From NCBI GenBank assembly GCA_045541975.1, contig JAZQKB010000037.1, forward strand, positions 142,326 through 206,325: DNA of 64,000 nt, read 5' to 3'. Position numbers and translations under genes: made by a program. Shown here piece after piece: positions 20,396 through 30,435 of this stretch. Position 1 is the stretch's first letter, and every line of letters begins with the position of its first letter. This stretch comes from Clostridia bacterium. Its GTDB lineage: Bacteria > Bacillota > Clostridia > UMGS1840. The notes below the pieces were generated by a model. The model was not told where the DNA came from, made no database searches, and saw nothing but the letters and a program-made list of their open reading frames with translations.

Positions 20396-20788
20396 ATGAA
20401 AACCTTAGAAGAAATTCGTGCTTTTTTTGAAAATGACCGCTTTGCAACTGACAACGGAATGGTGATAGACGAGGTTGCAGAGCATTATGCAAAATGCAGT
20501 TTGACCATCTCTAACCGACATAAAAATGCAGTTGGCGGTGTGATGGGTGGTGTATATTTTACATTGGCAGATTTTTGCTATGCGGTTGCAACCAACCATC
20601 AGGAACCCAAGTGGGTATCCTTAAACTCCACCATATCTTTTTTGGGAAGGGCCAAAGGGGAGCGCTTAATTGCAACAGCAGCGTGTATTAAAAACGGACG
20701 TTCTACAAACTGCTATACCATTACGATTACAGATGAACTTAACAATCTTGTTGCAACTGTTTCGATTACAGGTTTTGCAACGAAATAA
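20396..20788 (+). CDS. PaaI-family hotdog-fold thioesterase
   Basis: It is 130 aa and has the pattern HKNAVGGVMGGVYFTLADF typical of PaaI/YigI thioesterases. Confidence 0.8.
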   Translation: MKTLEEIRAFFENDRFATDNGMVIDEVAEHYAKCSLTISNRHKNAVGGVMGGVYFTLADFCYAVATNHQEPKWVSLNSTISFLGRAKGERLIATAACIKNGRSTNCYTITITDELNNLVATVSITGFATK

Positions 20789-20797
20789 GCATAACAT

Positions 20798-20832
20798 AAA
20801 AAAGGCTATCCATTCAGGATAGCCTTTTTTGA
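20798..20832. terminator. Bidirectional terminator between convergent genes
   Basis: The stem AAAGGCTATCC / GGATAGCCTTT is flanked by an A-run and a T-run. Confidence 0.8.
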
Positions 20833-20844
20833 TACTGTAGTTTT

Positions 20845-21276
20845 TTAAACTAAAGTTTCGTCTTTGGATTTTTCTTTCAGTAAGTCTCTGATTTCTTCCA
20901 ATAAAACAACGTCGTCTGCCTTTTTCGGCGGTTCTTCTTCTTGGGGTTCTTCTTTTCTTTTTCTGCTTAAAGAAGCCACAACCTTAATAAAGACAAAAAT
21001 TGCCATTGCAATGATTAAGAAGTCAATGATTTTCTGAATAAATACACCGTATTTAATCACAGCTCCGTTAAAGGTATAAGACAGCTCTGTAAAATTGATG
21101 CCGCCTAACAGAAGTCCGATTGCAGGCATAATGATATCTGCAACTAAAGAGGAAACAATCTCTTTAAAAGCACCACCGATAATAACACCGACTGCCATGT
21201 CAAGAACATTGCCTTTTAATGCAAATTCTTTGAATTCAGCGATAAATCCGCCAACTTTTTCTTTTGCTTTTTTCAT
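20845..21276 (-). CDS. mscL: Large-conductance mechanosensitive channel
   Basis: The translation [37 protein letters not shown] is the MscL signature. Confidence 0.93.
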   Translation of the reverse strand: MKKAKEKVGGFIAEFKEFALKGNVLDMAVGVIIGGAFKEIVSSLVADIIMPAIGLLLGGINFTELSYTFNGAVIKYGVFIQKIIDFLIIAMAIFVFIKVVASLSRKRKEEPQEEEPPKKADDVVLLEEIRDLLKEKSKDETLV

Positions 21277-21320
21277 GGTTGAAATCCTTTCTTTTTTAGG
21301 TTAAATATAAAAAATAATTT

Positions 21321-22796
21321 TTATTTGGAGCTAAGTAATTGCTTTAGAATCTTTGTTGCCAACAATATACCAAGATAAATAACCGCACCAATTAGAATAG
21401 GAATCACAAACATAATTTTTCCAAAGTAACCAACGGTATATTGGAACGTAAGATGTGTTACAACAAATACCAGGGAGGAAGCGACAATAATCATTAGGTT
21501 TTTTATAAATCCCTTATCAATTAATCCGGGATTTTCTTTGATGAGCAAAATGAACATTATCACAGAGAACACAATGCAAACGCCTGCAGTAGATCCTACA
21601 ATGCCGTAGAAAGAACCTTGGAAAAAGTAATCACAGATAATGTTTGCAACTAAAATACCTATGGCGGAAAGAACGGTTATTCGGTATTTTCCTTTGGCGT
21701 AAAAAATCTTAAATAAAAGTTCTTGCGTCATAAAGGCACATACACATAGAGAATATAGCAAGAAAGCGGGGGCAACCAAGTTGACCGATTCTACTGTGAA
21801 TTTTCCTCTTTGGTATAACAGTGTGATAATATCTCTGTGATAAATTCCCACAATGACTAAAAAAGGAATGAAGATTGCAAATAAAAAGCTCAGAGAATAT
21901 CGAATTAAATTGTTGGTTTTTTCGGTATCGTTGTCCTTCATTGCTTTGGTCAGAGATGGGAAGAATACCGCAGACATTGCGACCAGAAAAATGCTTGAGA
22001 TAGTGGTAAATAAGTTGCTGGAATAATGAATTGCGGAGGGGAATCCTTCATTTGCACTGGCAAATGACTTGTCAATCATAAATAAACATTGAAACACCAT
22101 ATTGGAAATCAGAATAAACAAAATTTCCATAGGCTTCACAGAGCGGAGCTTGTCCGATTGGTTCGTGTTACTCCATAATTTGTAGCCTTCTTTTTTTAAG
22201 GAGGGGAGCAGAAACAGAAAATGCGCTGCCCAACCCAATGTGGTGACAAGTCCTAAAACGTAGATATCTGTTACTCCCAGTAGCATACTTCCAATAATCA
22301 GTACATTAAAAGGTAGGCTGACAATGGAGGTAATAAAAAACCTGTTTTTGTTTTGCAACAATCCCATAGCTGTGTAGGTTAGTACGATAAAGCTAAGAGA
22401 GGGAAGCATAATCCAAAATAATCGGAGAGCTGTTTGAAAATCATTTCCTTCCAAACCGGGAAGCAACAATTTTGTTGCAGGGTAGGATAATAGGTATAGC
22501 ACTCCTGTGCCTGACAGAGAGTAGAGCAAAGCTTTTTTAAAGAAAAAGCCAACAAATTCCCGTTCCTCGTTGTCATCTTCCAACAGTTTGTTATTAATAC
22601 TTTTAATGACAAAAGTAGACAGAGCCACTCCTAATGCAGTAAAGATGACACTGGCAACAGAAAAAACCTGTGCATAAATATCCATGGAAATTCCTGTTCC
22701 GAAGTTGTTACCCAGGAACATTTCTCTGAAATAACCCATGGCTTTTGCAACAAGAATGCCGGTCACCATTAAAATGTAGGAGAAACTCAAATTCAT
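21321..22796 (-). CDS. MurJ/MviN-like polytopic flippase family protein
   Basis: It is about 490 aa with roughly 14 hydrophobic spans, and its N-terminal pattern (KAMGYFREMFLGNNFG) resembles MurJ. The start is ambiguous (22796 or 22820). Confidence 0.7.
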   Translation of the reverse strand: MNLSFSYILMVTGILVAKAMGYFREMFLGNNFGTGISMDIYAQVFSVASVIFTALGVALSTFVIKSINNKLLEDDNEEREFVGFFFKKALLYSLSGTGVLYLLSYPATKLLLPGLEGNDFQTALRLFWIMLPSLSFIVLTYTAMGLLQNKNRFFITSIVSLPFNVLIIGSMLLGVTDIYVLGLVTTLGWAAHFLFLLPSLKKEGYKLWSNTNQSDKLRSVKPMEILFILISNMVFQCLFMIDKSFASANEGFPSAIHYSSNLFTTISSIFLVAMSAVFFPSLTKAMKDNDTEKTNNLIRYSLSFLFAIFIPFLVIVGIYHRDIITLLYQRGKFTVESVNLVAPAFLLYSLCVCAFMTQELLFKIFYAKGKYRITVLSAIGILVANIICDYFFQGSFYGIVGSTAGVCIVFSVIMFILLIKENPGLIDKGFIKNLMIIVASSLVFVVTHLTFQYTVGYFGKIMFVIPILIGAVIYLGILLATKILKQLLSSK

Positions 22797-22849
22797 GTTA
22801 ACACCCTGTGAATGATTCACAGTTCCTTTCTGTCTTTGACAAACACTGA

Positions 22850-24202
22850 TTAAGATCTGTCTTCTAAGGGGATATAGCTATTATCCTTAGAGATGCATTT
22901 GTAAGCAGGACGCATAATTTTTTTGTTCATTGAAATTTCTTCTAAAATATGTGCGCCCCAACCAGCAATTCTGGAAATGGCAAATAAGGGGGTAAAGAGT
23001 TCTTTCGGGATATTCAGCATCTGATATACAAAGCCGGAATACAAATCCACATTGGCGCAGATATCTTTGCTGGTTTTTTTATTGATAACAATGGGAGCTA
23101 ACCGTTCCACCGCTTCGTATACTTTGAATTGATCCATCGCACCTTTTTCCTCAGCAAGTTCTCTTGCCTTTTCACGGAGCAGTTCTGCACGGGGGTCAGA
23201 GATGGTATAAACTGCGTGTCCCATACCGTAAATTAAACCGGTTTTATCGTAAGCCTGTTTGTCCAGAATTTTGGAAAGGTGTGCCATAATTTGTTCATCA
23301 TCTTCCCAGTTCTGAACATTTTTGCACAAGTCTTCCATCATTTCAACCACTTTGATATTTGCACCACCGTGACGGGGACCTTTTAAAGAACCGATTGCCG
23401 CTGCAATGGCAGAGTAAACGTCAGTACCGGAAGAGGTTACAACGTGAGTGGTGAACGTGGAGTTGTTACCGCCACCGTGTTCTGCATGTAAAATCAGCAT
23501 CAAATCAAGAATTTCAGCTTCCAGCGGAGTGAATTTTCTACTGGTACGGATTAAGCGCAGAAAGTTTTCAGCGATAGAGTACTCGTCTTTACAGTGATGA
23601 ATTACCAAGCTTTTTCCGTCATAGTAATGTCTTTTGGCTTGATAACCGTATGCCGCAATGGTGCTCAGTCTGGCAATTAGTGCAATAATCTGACGGATTA
23701 CATTGGGGATACTGGTATCGTCCGGTGATTCATCATAGGAGTATAATGCCAGCACACCACGAGCCAGTTTGTTCATAATATCTTTACTGGGCGCTTTTAA
23801 AATCATATCTTCAGCAAAACCAAAGGGCAGCTCACGGTATGCTGCAATGTTGTCGCAGAAGGTTTCAAATTCTTCTTTGTTGGGCAATTTGGAAAACAGC
23901 AGTAAAAAGATCACTTCTTCAAAGCCCATTCTTTTTCCTTTTAATCCCGCAATAATATCACGGATTTCAATCCCTCTGTAAGAAAGTTTTCCGGGGATTG
24001 CGATTTTCTCATCATTTTCAATGATGTAACTGCTGACATTCCCAACAGTGGTTAAACCAACCAAAACACCGGTTCCGTTGGCATTACGCAGACCTCTCTT
24101 TACGTCGTATTTTCCGTAAAGAGAAGTGTCAATCTGGGAAAATTCTTTTACCCTATCGGATAAGTGTTCAATATATTCCTGTGTCAGATGAGGTTCTTTC
24201 AT
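22850..24202 (-). CDS. Citrate synthase (citrate/2-methylcitrate synthase family)
   Basis: The motifs LILHAEHGGGNNSTF, GPRHGGAN and GMGHAVY are canonical citrate synthase active-site motifs. Confidence 0.9.
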   Translation of the reverse strand: MKEPHLTQEYIEHLSDRVKEFSQIDTSLYGKYDVKRGLRNANGTGVLVGLTTVGNVSSYIIENDEKIAIPGKLSYRGIEIRDIIAGLKGKRMGFEEVIFLLLFSKLPNKEEFETFCDNIAAYRELPFGFAEDMILKAPSKDIMNKLARGVLALYSYDESPDDTSIPNVIRQIIALIARLSTIAAYGYQAKRHYYDGKSLVIHHCKDEYSIAENFLRLIRTSRKFTPLEAEILDLMLILHAEHGGGNNSTFTTHVVTSSGTDVYSAIAAAIGSLKGPRHGGANIKVVEMMEDLCKNVQNWEDDEQIMAHLSKILDKQAYDKTGLIYGMGHAVYTISDPRAELLREKARELAEEKGAMDQFKVYEAVERLAPIVINKKTSKDICANVDLYSGFVYQMLNIPKELFTPLFAISRIAGWGAHILEEISMNKKIMRPAYKCISKDNSYIPLEDRS

Positions 24203-24351
24203 GTTCTATATCTCCTTTCAACACGGGTTGGAGCCATCAAAAAAGAGGCACTTGCCTTGTCTTAAAATATAATCTTACAGTTTATTTTACAATAAATTGC
24301 TAAAATAGTCAATAAGAATTGGAATAAAATCGTAAAAATATTTGAAATCAG

Positions 24352-24380
24352 TTGACATCCGGGGCATCATTTGATAAAAT
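24352..24380 (+). promoter_or_regulatory. Putative sigma-A promoter for lepB
   Basis: TTGACA (24352-24357), a 17-nt spacer and TAAAAT (24375-24380) are present, with an extended -10 TG at 24372-24373. Confidence 0.55.
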
Positions 24381-24433
24381 AAATAGATGTAAGATTGTAT
24401 CATTTTTGTGAATTTAGAAAGGATATTTCAGAT

Positions 24434-25162
24434 ATGAATCATGAAGCAGAAAATAAAAACATACCCGAGTTTTTAGCAGAAGAAAAAGAGGGAACTCCTG
24501 CAGCTATGGAGAATGTGGATAACGTAGCAGAAGGGGAATCTTCTGCTAAAGGTACAACAGATACAGATGACCAAAAAACAAAGAAAAAAGAGAAAAAGAA
24601 AAAAACATGGCAGAGAGAACTGCTGGAATGGATTGAATGCTTGGGAGTTGCTCTTTTGGTGGTGTTTTTATTAACCACCTTTGTTGGCAGAACTGTTCAG
24701 GTAAGCGGTCCCTCTATGGAGCCCACTTTGCAGGATAAGGATATGTTGGTGGTGTATCACTTGGGATATACGCCGTCTAACGGAGATATCATCGTGTTAA
24801 ATCCGAAAGGCGATAACAAGCCTTATATCAAACGTATCATTGCCATTGGCGGTCAGACGGTAGATTTTAAAATGAATATTGATCCCGAAGATAACTCCAA
24901 GTATTTTGATGTATATGTAGACGGAAAAGTGTTGGAGGAAGATTATATTGCTGATTACATCAGAACTGATCCCAGATCTTATACCTCCGAGGAATACCCG
25001 ATGACGGTTCCTGAAGGACATGTATATGTTTTGGGGGATAACCGTAATCACAGTGTTGACAGCCGTTTTGAAGCAACCGTTGGGATGGTAAATCACAAAG
25101 ATATTATCGGAAAGGCAATTTTTAGATTCTGGCCGCTTAACAGCTTCGGTTTGTTATACTAA
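24434..25162 (+). CDS. lepB: Signal peptidase I
   Basis: It has a TM anchor, the SGPSMEPTL catalytic Ser box, the YIKRIIAIGGQ Lys box and GDNRNHSVDSR. ATG 24434 follows GAAAGGA. Confidence 0.9.
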   Translation: MNHEAENKNIPEFLAEEKEGTPAAMENVDNVAEGESSAKGTTDTDDQKTKKKEKKKKTWQRELLEWIECLGVALLVVFLLTTFVGRTVQVSGPSMEPTLQDKDMLVVYHLGYTPSNGDIIVLNPKGDNKPYIKRIIAIGGQTVDFKMNIDPEDNSKYFDVYVDGKVLEEDYIADYIRTDPRSYTSEEYPMTVPEGHVYVLGDNRNHSVDSRFEATVGMVNHKDIIGKAIFRFWPLNSFGLLY

Positions 25163-25190
25163 AGACCAAATAAAAATCGGGAGGATTTAT

Positions 25191-26042
25191 ATGAATATCA
25201 ACTGGTATCCCGGTCATATGGCGAAAACCAAACGCCTAATTTCCGAGGATTTAAAATTAGTGGATGCCGTGGTGGAAGTGTTGGACGCAAGAATTCCCGT
25301 TTCCTCAAAGAATCCCGACATAGATGAATTGTGCCAGAATAAGCCTAAAATCGTACTGTTAAATAAGTCAGATATGGCAGATGATGCAATTACCGATCGC
25401 TGGGTTTCATTCTACAAACAGCAGGGCATTTTAGCATTGAAAGTCAATTGTGAAACCGGCGAGGGCTTAAAACGGATTACCTCTGACCTAAAAGAGCTTT
25501 TAAAAGAGAAACTGCTCCGCAATGAGCAAAAGGGTATTTTTAAACCGATTCGGATTATGGTGGTTGGTATTCCTAATTCCGGAAAGTCATCGTTTATTAA
25601 CCGTATGGCGAACAATAAGCGTTTAAAAACGGAAGACCGGCCCGGTGTTACCGTGCATAAGCAGTGGGTGAAAGTGTCTAATGAAATTGAACTGATGGAC
25701 ACTCCCGGAATTTTGTGGCCAAAACTTGGTGACGAACAGGTGTCTTTGCATCTTGCGTTTACCGGTGCCATCAAAAGCCAGATTTTGGATGTGGAAGAAT
25801 TGGGTGTGTATCTGATTGACTATCTGCTCCAAAACCATGCGGAAGCACTGGTAGAGCGTTACAAAATTACATTAACGGCAGATGACGATAAGCTGAAAGT
25901 TTACGATAAAATTGCTTATAAACGTGGCTATATTTTCAGAAAAAACGATCCCGACTACGAACGTTGTGCCAATGCAGTATTAGACGATTTCAAAAACGGA
26001 CGGTTCGGGAATATCAGCTTAGAAACTCCGGAGGAATTATGA
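25191..26042 (+). CDS. rbgA: Ribosome biogenesis GTPase YlqF/RbgA
   Basis: It has the circularly permuted GTPase motifs NKSD ... GIPNSGKSS ... DTPG and the N-terminal WYPGHMAK. Confidence 0.92.
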   Translation: MNINWYPGHMAKTKRLISEDLKLVDAVVEVLDARIPVSSKNPDIDELCQNKPKIVLLNKSDMADDAITDRWVSFYKQQGILALKVNCETGEGLKRITSDLKELLKEKLLRNEQKGIFKPIRIMVVGIPNSGKSSFINRMANNKRLKTEDRPGVTVHKQWVKVSNEIELMDTPGILWPKLGDEQVSLHLAFTGAIKSQILDVEELGVYLIDYLLQNHAEALVERYKITLTADDDKLKVYDKIAYKRGYIFRKNDPDYERCANAVLDDFKNGRFGNISLETPEEL

Positions 26043-26647
26043 GTGAATTTATTGACGATTTAGAACTCATTGGAGACGGAAAAGACTACCAATATATCTG
26101 TGGTGTTGACGAAGCAGGCAGAGGTCCGCTATGTGGCCCTGTTGCTGCTGCGGCAGTCATTATGCCAAAAGGTTCCCGTATTGAAGGCGTAAACGATTCT
26201 AAAAAGCTTACAGAAAAGAAAAGGGAAGCTCTTTACGAACAGATTATCAAAGAAGCAATTGCCTATCATGTTTGTTTGATTGATAACGAGGAAATTGATG
26301 AAATTAATATTTTAAATGCCACTTTAAAAGCAATGGAAAATGCTATCAATGGACTTTCCCAAAAAGCGGATTTTGCATTGATAGATGGCAACCGCAACAA
26401 AGGAATCACCACGCCTAATCAGATGGTGGTAAAAGGGGATGCCAAGTCTTATTCCATTGCCTGTGCATCTATTCTGGCGAAGGTGACCCGAGACCGTTTG
26501 ATGGACGAGTACGATAAAATGTACCCCGCGTACGGTTTTTCAAAGCATAAAGGCTACGGCACCAAAGCCCATTACGAAGCTATTGAGCAATATGGCATTA
26601 CTCCGATTCACAGAAAAACATTTCTGAAAAAAATTCTGGAGAAATAA
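26039..26647 (+). CDS. rnhB: Ribonuclease HII
   Basis: It has GVDEAGRGPLCGPV and DSKKLT motifs. ATG 26039 overlaps the ylqF stop (ATGA). Confidence 0.93.
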   Translation: MSEFIDDLELIGDGKDYQYICGVDEAGRGPLCGPVAAAAVIMPKGSRIEGVNDSKKLTEKKREALYEQIIKEAIAYHVCLIDNEEIDEINILNATLKAMENAINGLSQKADFALIDGNRNKGITTPNQMVVKGDAKSYSIACASILAKVTRDRLMDEYDKMYPAYGFSKHKGYGTKAHYEAIEQYGITPIHRKTFLKKILEK

Positions 26648-26648
26648 T

Positions 26649-27017
26649 ATGGAAAAATACCGTCAGGCAATTGGAAAGCTAGGCGAGATGAAAGCGAAAA
26701 ATTATCTCAGACGGCGAGGTTATCAGATTTTAGAAACCAATTACCGAACCCGGGCAGGGGAATTGGATATTATTGCAAAAGATAAAGAATGCCTTGTGTT
26801 TGTGGAAGTGAAAACAAGAACTTCGGACGAATACGGCGCTCCTGCAGAAGCAGTTTCATATTACAAACAACAGCATATGTTAAAGAGCGCCAAGTATTAT
26901 CTTTCCCGTCACGGTGGAGACTGTGAATGTCGGTTTGATGTAATTGAGGTTCGTCTTACAAATCACGGTCTTTTCAAACTTGCGAAAATCAATCATTTAA
27001 AAAATGTGTTGCAATGA
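26649..27017 (+). CDS. YraN family (UPF0102) putative endonuclease
   Basis: GELDIIA...LVFVEVKTR is the signature of this family. It is 122 aa and follows rnhB, as in many Firmicutes. Confidence 0.85.
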   Translation: MEKYRQAIGKLGEMKAKNYLRRRGYQILETNYRTRAGELDIIAKDKECLVFVEVKTRTSDEYGAPAEAVSYYKQQHMLKSAKYYLSRHGGDCECRFDVIEVRLTNHGLFKLAKINHLKNVLQ

Positions 27018-27024
27018 GGAAATT

Positions 27025-27696
27025 ATGGAACAGTTTACCCAAGATTTAAAATCATATTTGTTGGAAAACGGTGCAACGGATGTTGGCTTTGCTAAAGTGT
27101 CTTATGATTCTTTGGAATATGCTGTTTCCATTGTGGTAAAGCTCTCTGATTTTGTAATTTCTCAAATTGACACAGCTCCCACTTACACCTATTTTAATCA
27201 CTATAAAACGGTCAACGCTTTGATTGACCGATTAGGTTTGTTGTGTGGACAGAAAATTGAAGAGCAGGGAGGATTATACTTTCCCATTCCCGCTTCCCAG
27301 ACTGTAAACGGGCATAATACCTATGCGGGTGAATATTCTCACAAAAAGGCAGCCGTTTATGCAGGGCTTGGAACAATTGGAAAAAATGCTTTGTTTTTAC
27401 ACAAACAATACGGTCCTGCCATTCGGCTTGGAACAGTGTTCACCAATTTGCCTTTAGCTGTTGGAGAGCCGCTGTCGGAAGACTTGTGTGACGGATGTAA
27501 TCGTTGTGTAAAAAGTTGCCCTGCACAAGCATTGTATGGTAAAAAATTCAGTTGGGACGCCCCCGATTTGTCCCTTTTGGATCGTAAAGCTTGTTCCGAT
27601 TATATGAAAAAACAGTTTATGCACATTGGACGCGGTTCGGTTTGCGGAATTTGTATGAAACAGTGTATGGAACATTTTAAAGCGCATCATAATTAG
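27025..27696 (+). CDS. 4Fe-4S ferredoxin-type protein, epoxyqueuosine-reductase (QueG)-like
   Basis: It has a CDGCNRCVKSCP cluster motif plus a second Cys group, CGICMKQC. The family assignment is tentative. Confidence 0.6.
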   Translation: MEQFTQDLKSYLLENGATDVGFAKVSYDSLEYAVSIVVKLSDFVISQIDTAPTYTYFNHYKTVNALIDRLGLLCGQKIEEQGGLYFPIPASQTVNGHNTYAGEYSHKKAAVYAGLGTIGKNALFLHKQYGPAIRLGTVFTNLPLAVGEPLSEDLCDGCNRCVKSCPAQALYGKKFSWDAPDLSLLDRKACSDYMKKQFMHIGRGSVCGICMKQCMEHFKAHHN

Positions 27697-27731
27697 GAAA
27701 TTACTCGCAGAAAGGAAACAAGAAGAGGTTT

Positions 27732-29015
27732 ATGAAACAGTTATCACTGATTTTAATTGGTGGGGGAGACCGTGGCAGCAGTTATTTAAAATATCTGCTG
27801 CAGAACCCTGAAAAATTTAAGTTGGTTGGGATTGCAGAACCCATCCGTGAAAAACGAGAATACTTAAGAGATTTGTATAACGTGCCGCGGGAAAACTGCT
27901 ATGAAAGTTATGAAGACATTTTAGCACTTCCCAAATTTGCGGATATTGCTATGATTTGCACTCAGGATAAAATGCACTATGCGCCTGCTCTTTTGGCGAT
28001 GGAAAAGAAGTATGATTTGCTGATGGAGAAACCCATTTCTGTTTCTCCTGAAGAATGTTATAAAATGTATCGTGCGGCAGAGGAACACGGCGTAAAAAGT
28101 GTGGTTTGTCATGTGCTTCGCTATACTCCGTTTTATAAAGCAATTAAAAAATTTATTGCAGACGGCAATATGGGCGAAATTATGAATATGATTCATACCG
28201 AGGGCGTTGGTAATGTACATATCAGCCATAGCTATGTGAGAGGGAACTGGAGAAAAGAATCCGAATCTTCTCCCATGCTTCTGGCAAAATGCTGTCATGA
28301 TACCGATTTATTGCAGTGGTTGGTAGGGGAACTTTGCACCAAAGTGCAGTCTGTGGGTACTCTCTCTTATTTTTGTGAAAAGAATAAACCGGAGGGTGCT
28401 CCCAAACGCTGTCTGGACGGATGTCCTCATAAAGACACCTGCTATTACTATGCTCCCGATTTATACCGTCTTCCCACTGCGGAAGTGCAACATTTCCGTG
28501 CGATTGTTGCCAATAAATTTGCCCCCACCGATGATGAATTAGATGAAATCTTAAAAACATCTCCTTACGGCAGATGCGTGTATCAGTGTGATAATGATGT
28601 GGTTGACCATCAGATTGTGAATATGCAGTTCGGAGAAGATAAATATGCTTCTCTTACCATGTCCGGCTTTAATAAAGGAGGTCGAGTGACCACTATTATG
28701 GGAACTGAAGGGGAACTTCGTGCGGATATGGAAGAACAGTCTGTCACCTTCTATAGCTTTAAAACGCACGAAACCACTTCTGTTTATCAACCTGAAGCAG
28801 GATTTGACCAGACCATTGCCGGCGGACACGGTGGCGGTGATATGGGTATTATGGCGGATTTATATGATTATCTGGCATTAGGACAGCCGTCTGATTCCAT
28901 TTCCGATTTAAAAGTATCCTGTATGAGTCATCTGATTTGTTTTGCTGCGGAGGATGCCCGTAAAAAAGGCATCACCGTGGATATGGGAACGTATTTAAAA
29001 CAGTTTGAGTCTTAA
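27732..29015 (+). CDS. Gfo/Idh/MocA family NAD(P)-dependent oxidoreductase
   Basis: It has an N-terminal Rossmann LILIGGGDRGSSY motif, an EKP motif (LLMEKPIS) and a C-terminal alpha/beta domain. Confidence 0.85.
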   Translation: MKQLSLILIGGGDRGSSYLKYLLQNPEKFKLVGIAEPIREKREYLRDLYNVPRENCYESYEDILALPKFADIAMICTQDKMHYAPALLAMEKKYDLLMEKPISVSPEECYKMYRAAEEHGVKSVVCHVLRYTPFYKAIKKFIADGNMGEIMNMIHTEGVGNVHISHSYVRGNWRKESESSPMLLAKCCHDTDLLQWLVGELCTKVQSVGTLSYFCEKNKPEGAPKRCLDGCPHKDTCYYYAPDLYRLPTAEVQHFRAIVANKFAPTDDELDEILKTSPYGRCVYQCDNDVVDHQIVNMQFGEDKYASLTMSGFNKGGRVTTIMGTEGELRADMEEQSVTFYSFKTHETTSVYQPEAGFDQTIAGGHGGGDMGIMADLYDYLALGQPSDSISDLKVSCMSHLICFAAEDARKKGITVDMGTYLKQFES

Positions 29016-29024
29016 TATGATAAA

Positions 29025-29057
29025 ATAGACACTCCAATCTCAGAGTGTCTATTTTTG
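29025..29057 (+). terminator. Rho-independent terminator
   Basis: The stem ATAGACACTC / GAGTGTCTAT is followed by TTTTT. Confidence 0.8.
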
Positions 29058-29075
29058 GAAAGGTAACAAAAAATT

Positions 29076-29546
29076 ATGGAAAAAACAAACGCAATGCGTA
29101 TTTTAGAAAAGCAAAAAATTCCGTATGATGTGGAAACTTATGATGCTTCCGACGGCGTGATAGACGGGGTGTCTGTTGCCGGAAAAATCGGGCAGGATCC
29201 TAAATTTGTATATAAGACTTTAGTGACGCAGGGAAAATCCAAGAATTATTTTGTGTTTGTGATTCCAGTAGCTTGTGAGTTGGATTTAAAAGCAGCTGCA
29301 AAATCCGTAGGCGAAAAATCTGTAGAAATGATTGCTGTAAAAGATATCAATAAAATCACCGGTTATATTCGTGGCGGGTGTTCTCCTGTGGGAATGAAAA
29401 AACAGTTTCAGACCGTGATTGATGAATCCGCAAAAGAATTAGAATATTTCTATGTCAGCGGCGGAAAAATTGGACTGCAACTGAAAGTAAATCCCGTATC
29501 TTTGGCAGAACTCATCCACGCGGATTTTTCCGCAATTGCTTTTTAG
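29076..29546 (+). CDS. ybaK: Cys-tRNA(Pro)/Cys-tRNA(Cys) deacylase YbaK
   Basis: The translation has TNAMRILEKQKIPY...YKTLV...GYIRGGCSPVGMKK, which is the YbaK family pattern. Confidence 0.88.
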   Translation: MEKTNAMRILEKQKIPYDVETYDASDGVIDGVSVAGKIGQDPKFVYKTLVTQGKSKNYFVFVIPVACELDLKAAAKSVGEKSVEMIAVKDINKITGYIRGGCSPVGMKKQFQTVIDESAKELEYFYVSGGKIGLQLKVNPVSLAELIHADFSAIAF

Positions 29547-29552
29547 CCCACT

Positions 29553-29571
29553 CTTGACACGAACTTTGTCG
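29553..29571. repeat. Island left-boundary motif CTTGACACGAACTTTGTCG
   Basis: Its first 10 nt are the exact reverse complement of 31743-31752. Positions 29554-29571 recur directly at 31918-31934 (15/18). Confidence 0.6.
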
Positions 29572-29595
29572 ATTTTTGCGAAAGGAACTCATACT

Positions 29596-30414
29596 ATGGA
29601 CTCTATCAAACTATCAACAAAAGTTAGTTCTGATGAAAGAATAATTTCAACAAAAGATGCTATTAAGAATATATCTTTTGATCTAGAAAAACTAGGCGTA
29701 TACTTGGCGAGTATGCATCAATTATATGATTATAATGCAATGACATCTTCAATAAGCAATGCTCTTGACGAGTTTAGTAATGCTCTTATCAACGTAGGTT
29801 GCAATAAGGAATATGTTGCTGCTTATAAAAAGTGGGGAAATTTTGGTTGGTCATTTAATACAAATGTAAGTAAAAAGTTTTTTCTTACTGCTCCAAATTC
29901 TTTAGAAGAAGCTGATTCCATTATGCATGAGTATTGCAACTCGGAAACAATAACAAAAATGATGGAAAAACTAAAATCTGCCGGTGTTAACGAAAAAGAT
30001 TTGGAAGAGGCTTATTTTGATTATGATAATCGACAATATAAATCATCTGTTATGCTGCTATTTAGTTTGCTTGATCAACAGTTAATCAAAAGAAAATTCT
30101 TTAAAGAAGATGGTCGTTTAAAAACTGGGGCAGGTGTTATCGGAGAATTGAAAAAAAGCAAAAAACAACACAAAGAAAGCACACATTTACATTATATACA
30201 ATTCACTTTAATCATTTATTGTTTGATTAAACTGTTTGAGAGTAGTGAAAACTTTGAAATAGAGCCATTTGTTATTAATAGAAATTTTTTGATTCATGGA
30301 ATGAGTAACAGAGAAGTAAACGAATGTGATTGTCTAAAGGTTTGGTCTGCGTTATATAGTTTTGTAGTTGTTTATCCTGAACTTGAAAAAGAGATTTTAT
30401 CAAATGCTATTTAA
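29596..30414 (+). CDS. Hypothetical protein with C-terminal HEPN-like R-x4-H motif (island gene A, 272 aa)
   Basis: ATG 29596 follows GAAAGGA. The track ORF from 29536 is read-through from the ybaK stop region. The protein is predicted to be all-helical and has INRNFLIHG (R229-H234, nt 30280-30297). I recognise no other family. Confidence 0.6.
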   Translation: MDSIKLSTKVSSDERIISTKDAIKNISFDLEKLGVYLASMHQLYDYNAMTSSISNALDEFSNALINVGCNKEYVAAYKKWGNFGWSFNTNVSKKFFLTAPNSLEEADSIMHEYCNSETITKMMEKLKSAGVNEKDLEEAYFDYDNRQYKSSVMLLFSLLDQQLIKRKFFKEDGRLKTGAGVIGELKKSKKQHKESTHLHYIQFTLIIYCLIKLFESSENFEIEPFVINRNFLIHGMSNREVNECDCLKVWSALYSFVVVYPELEKEILSNAI

Positions 30415-30435
30415 AAAAACAAAGGAGATGTAATC

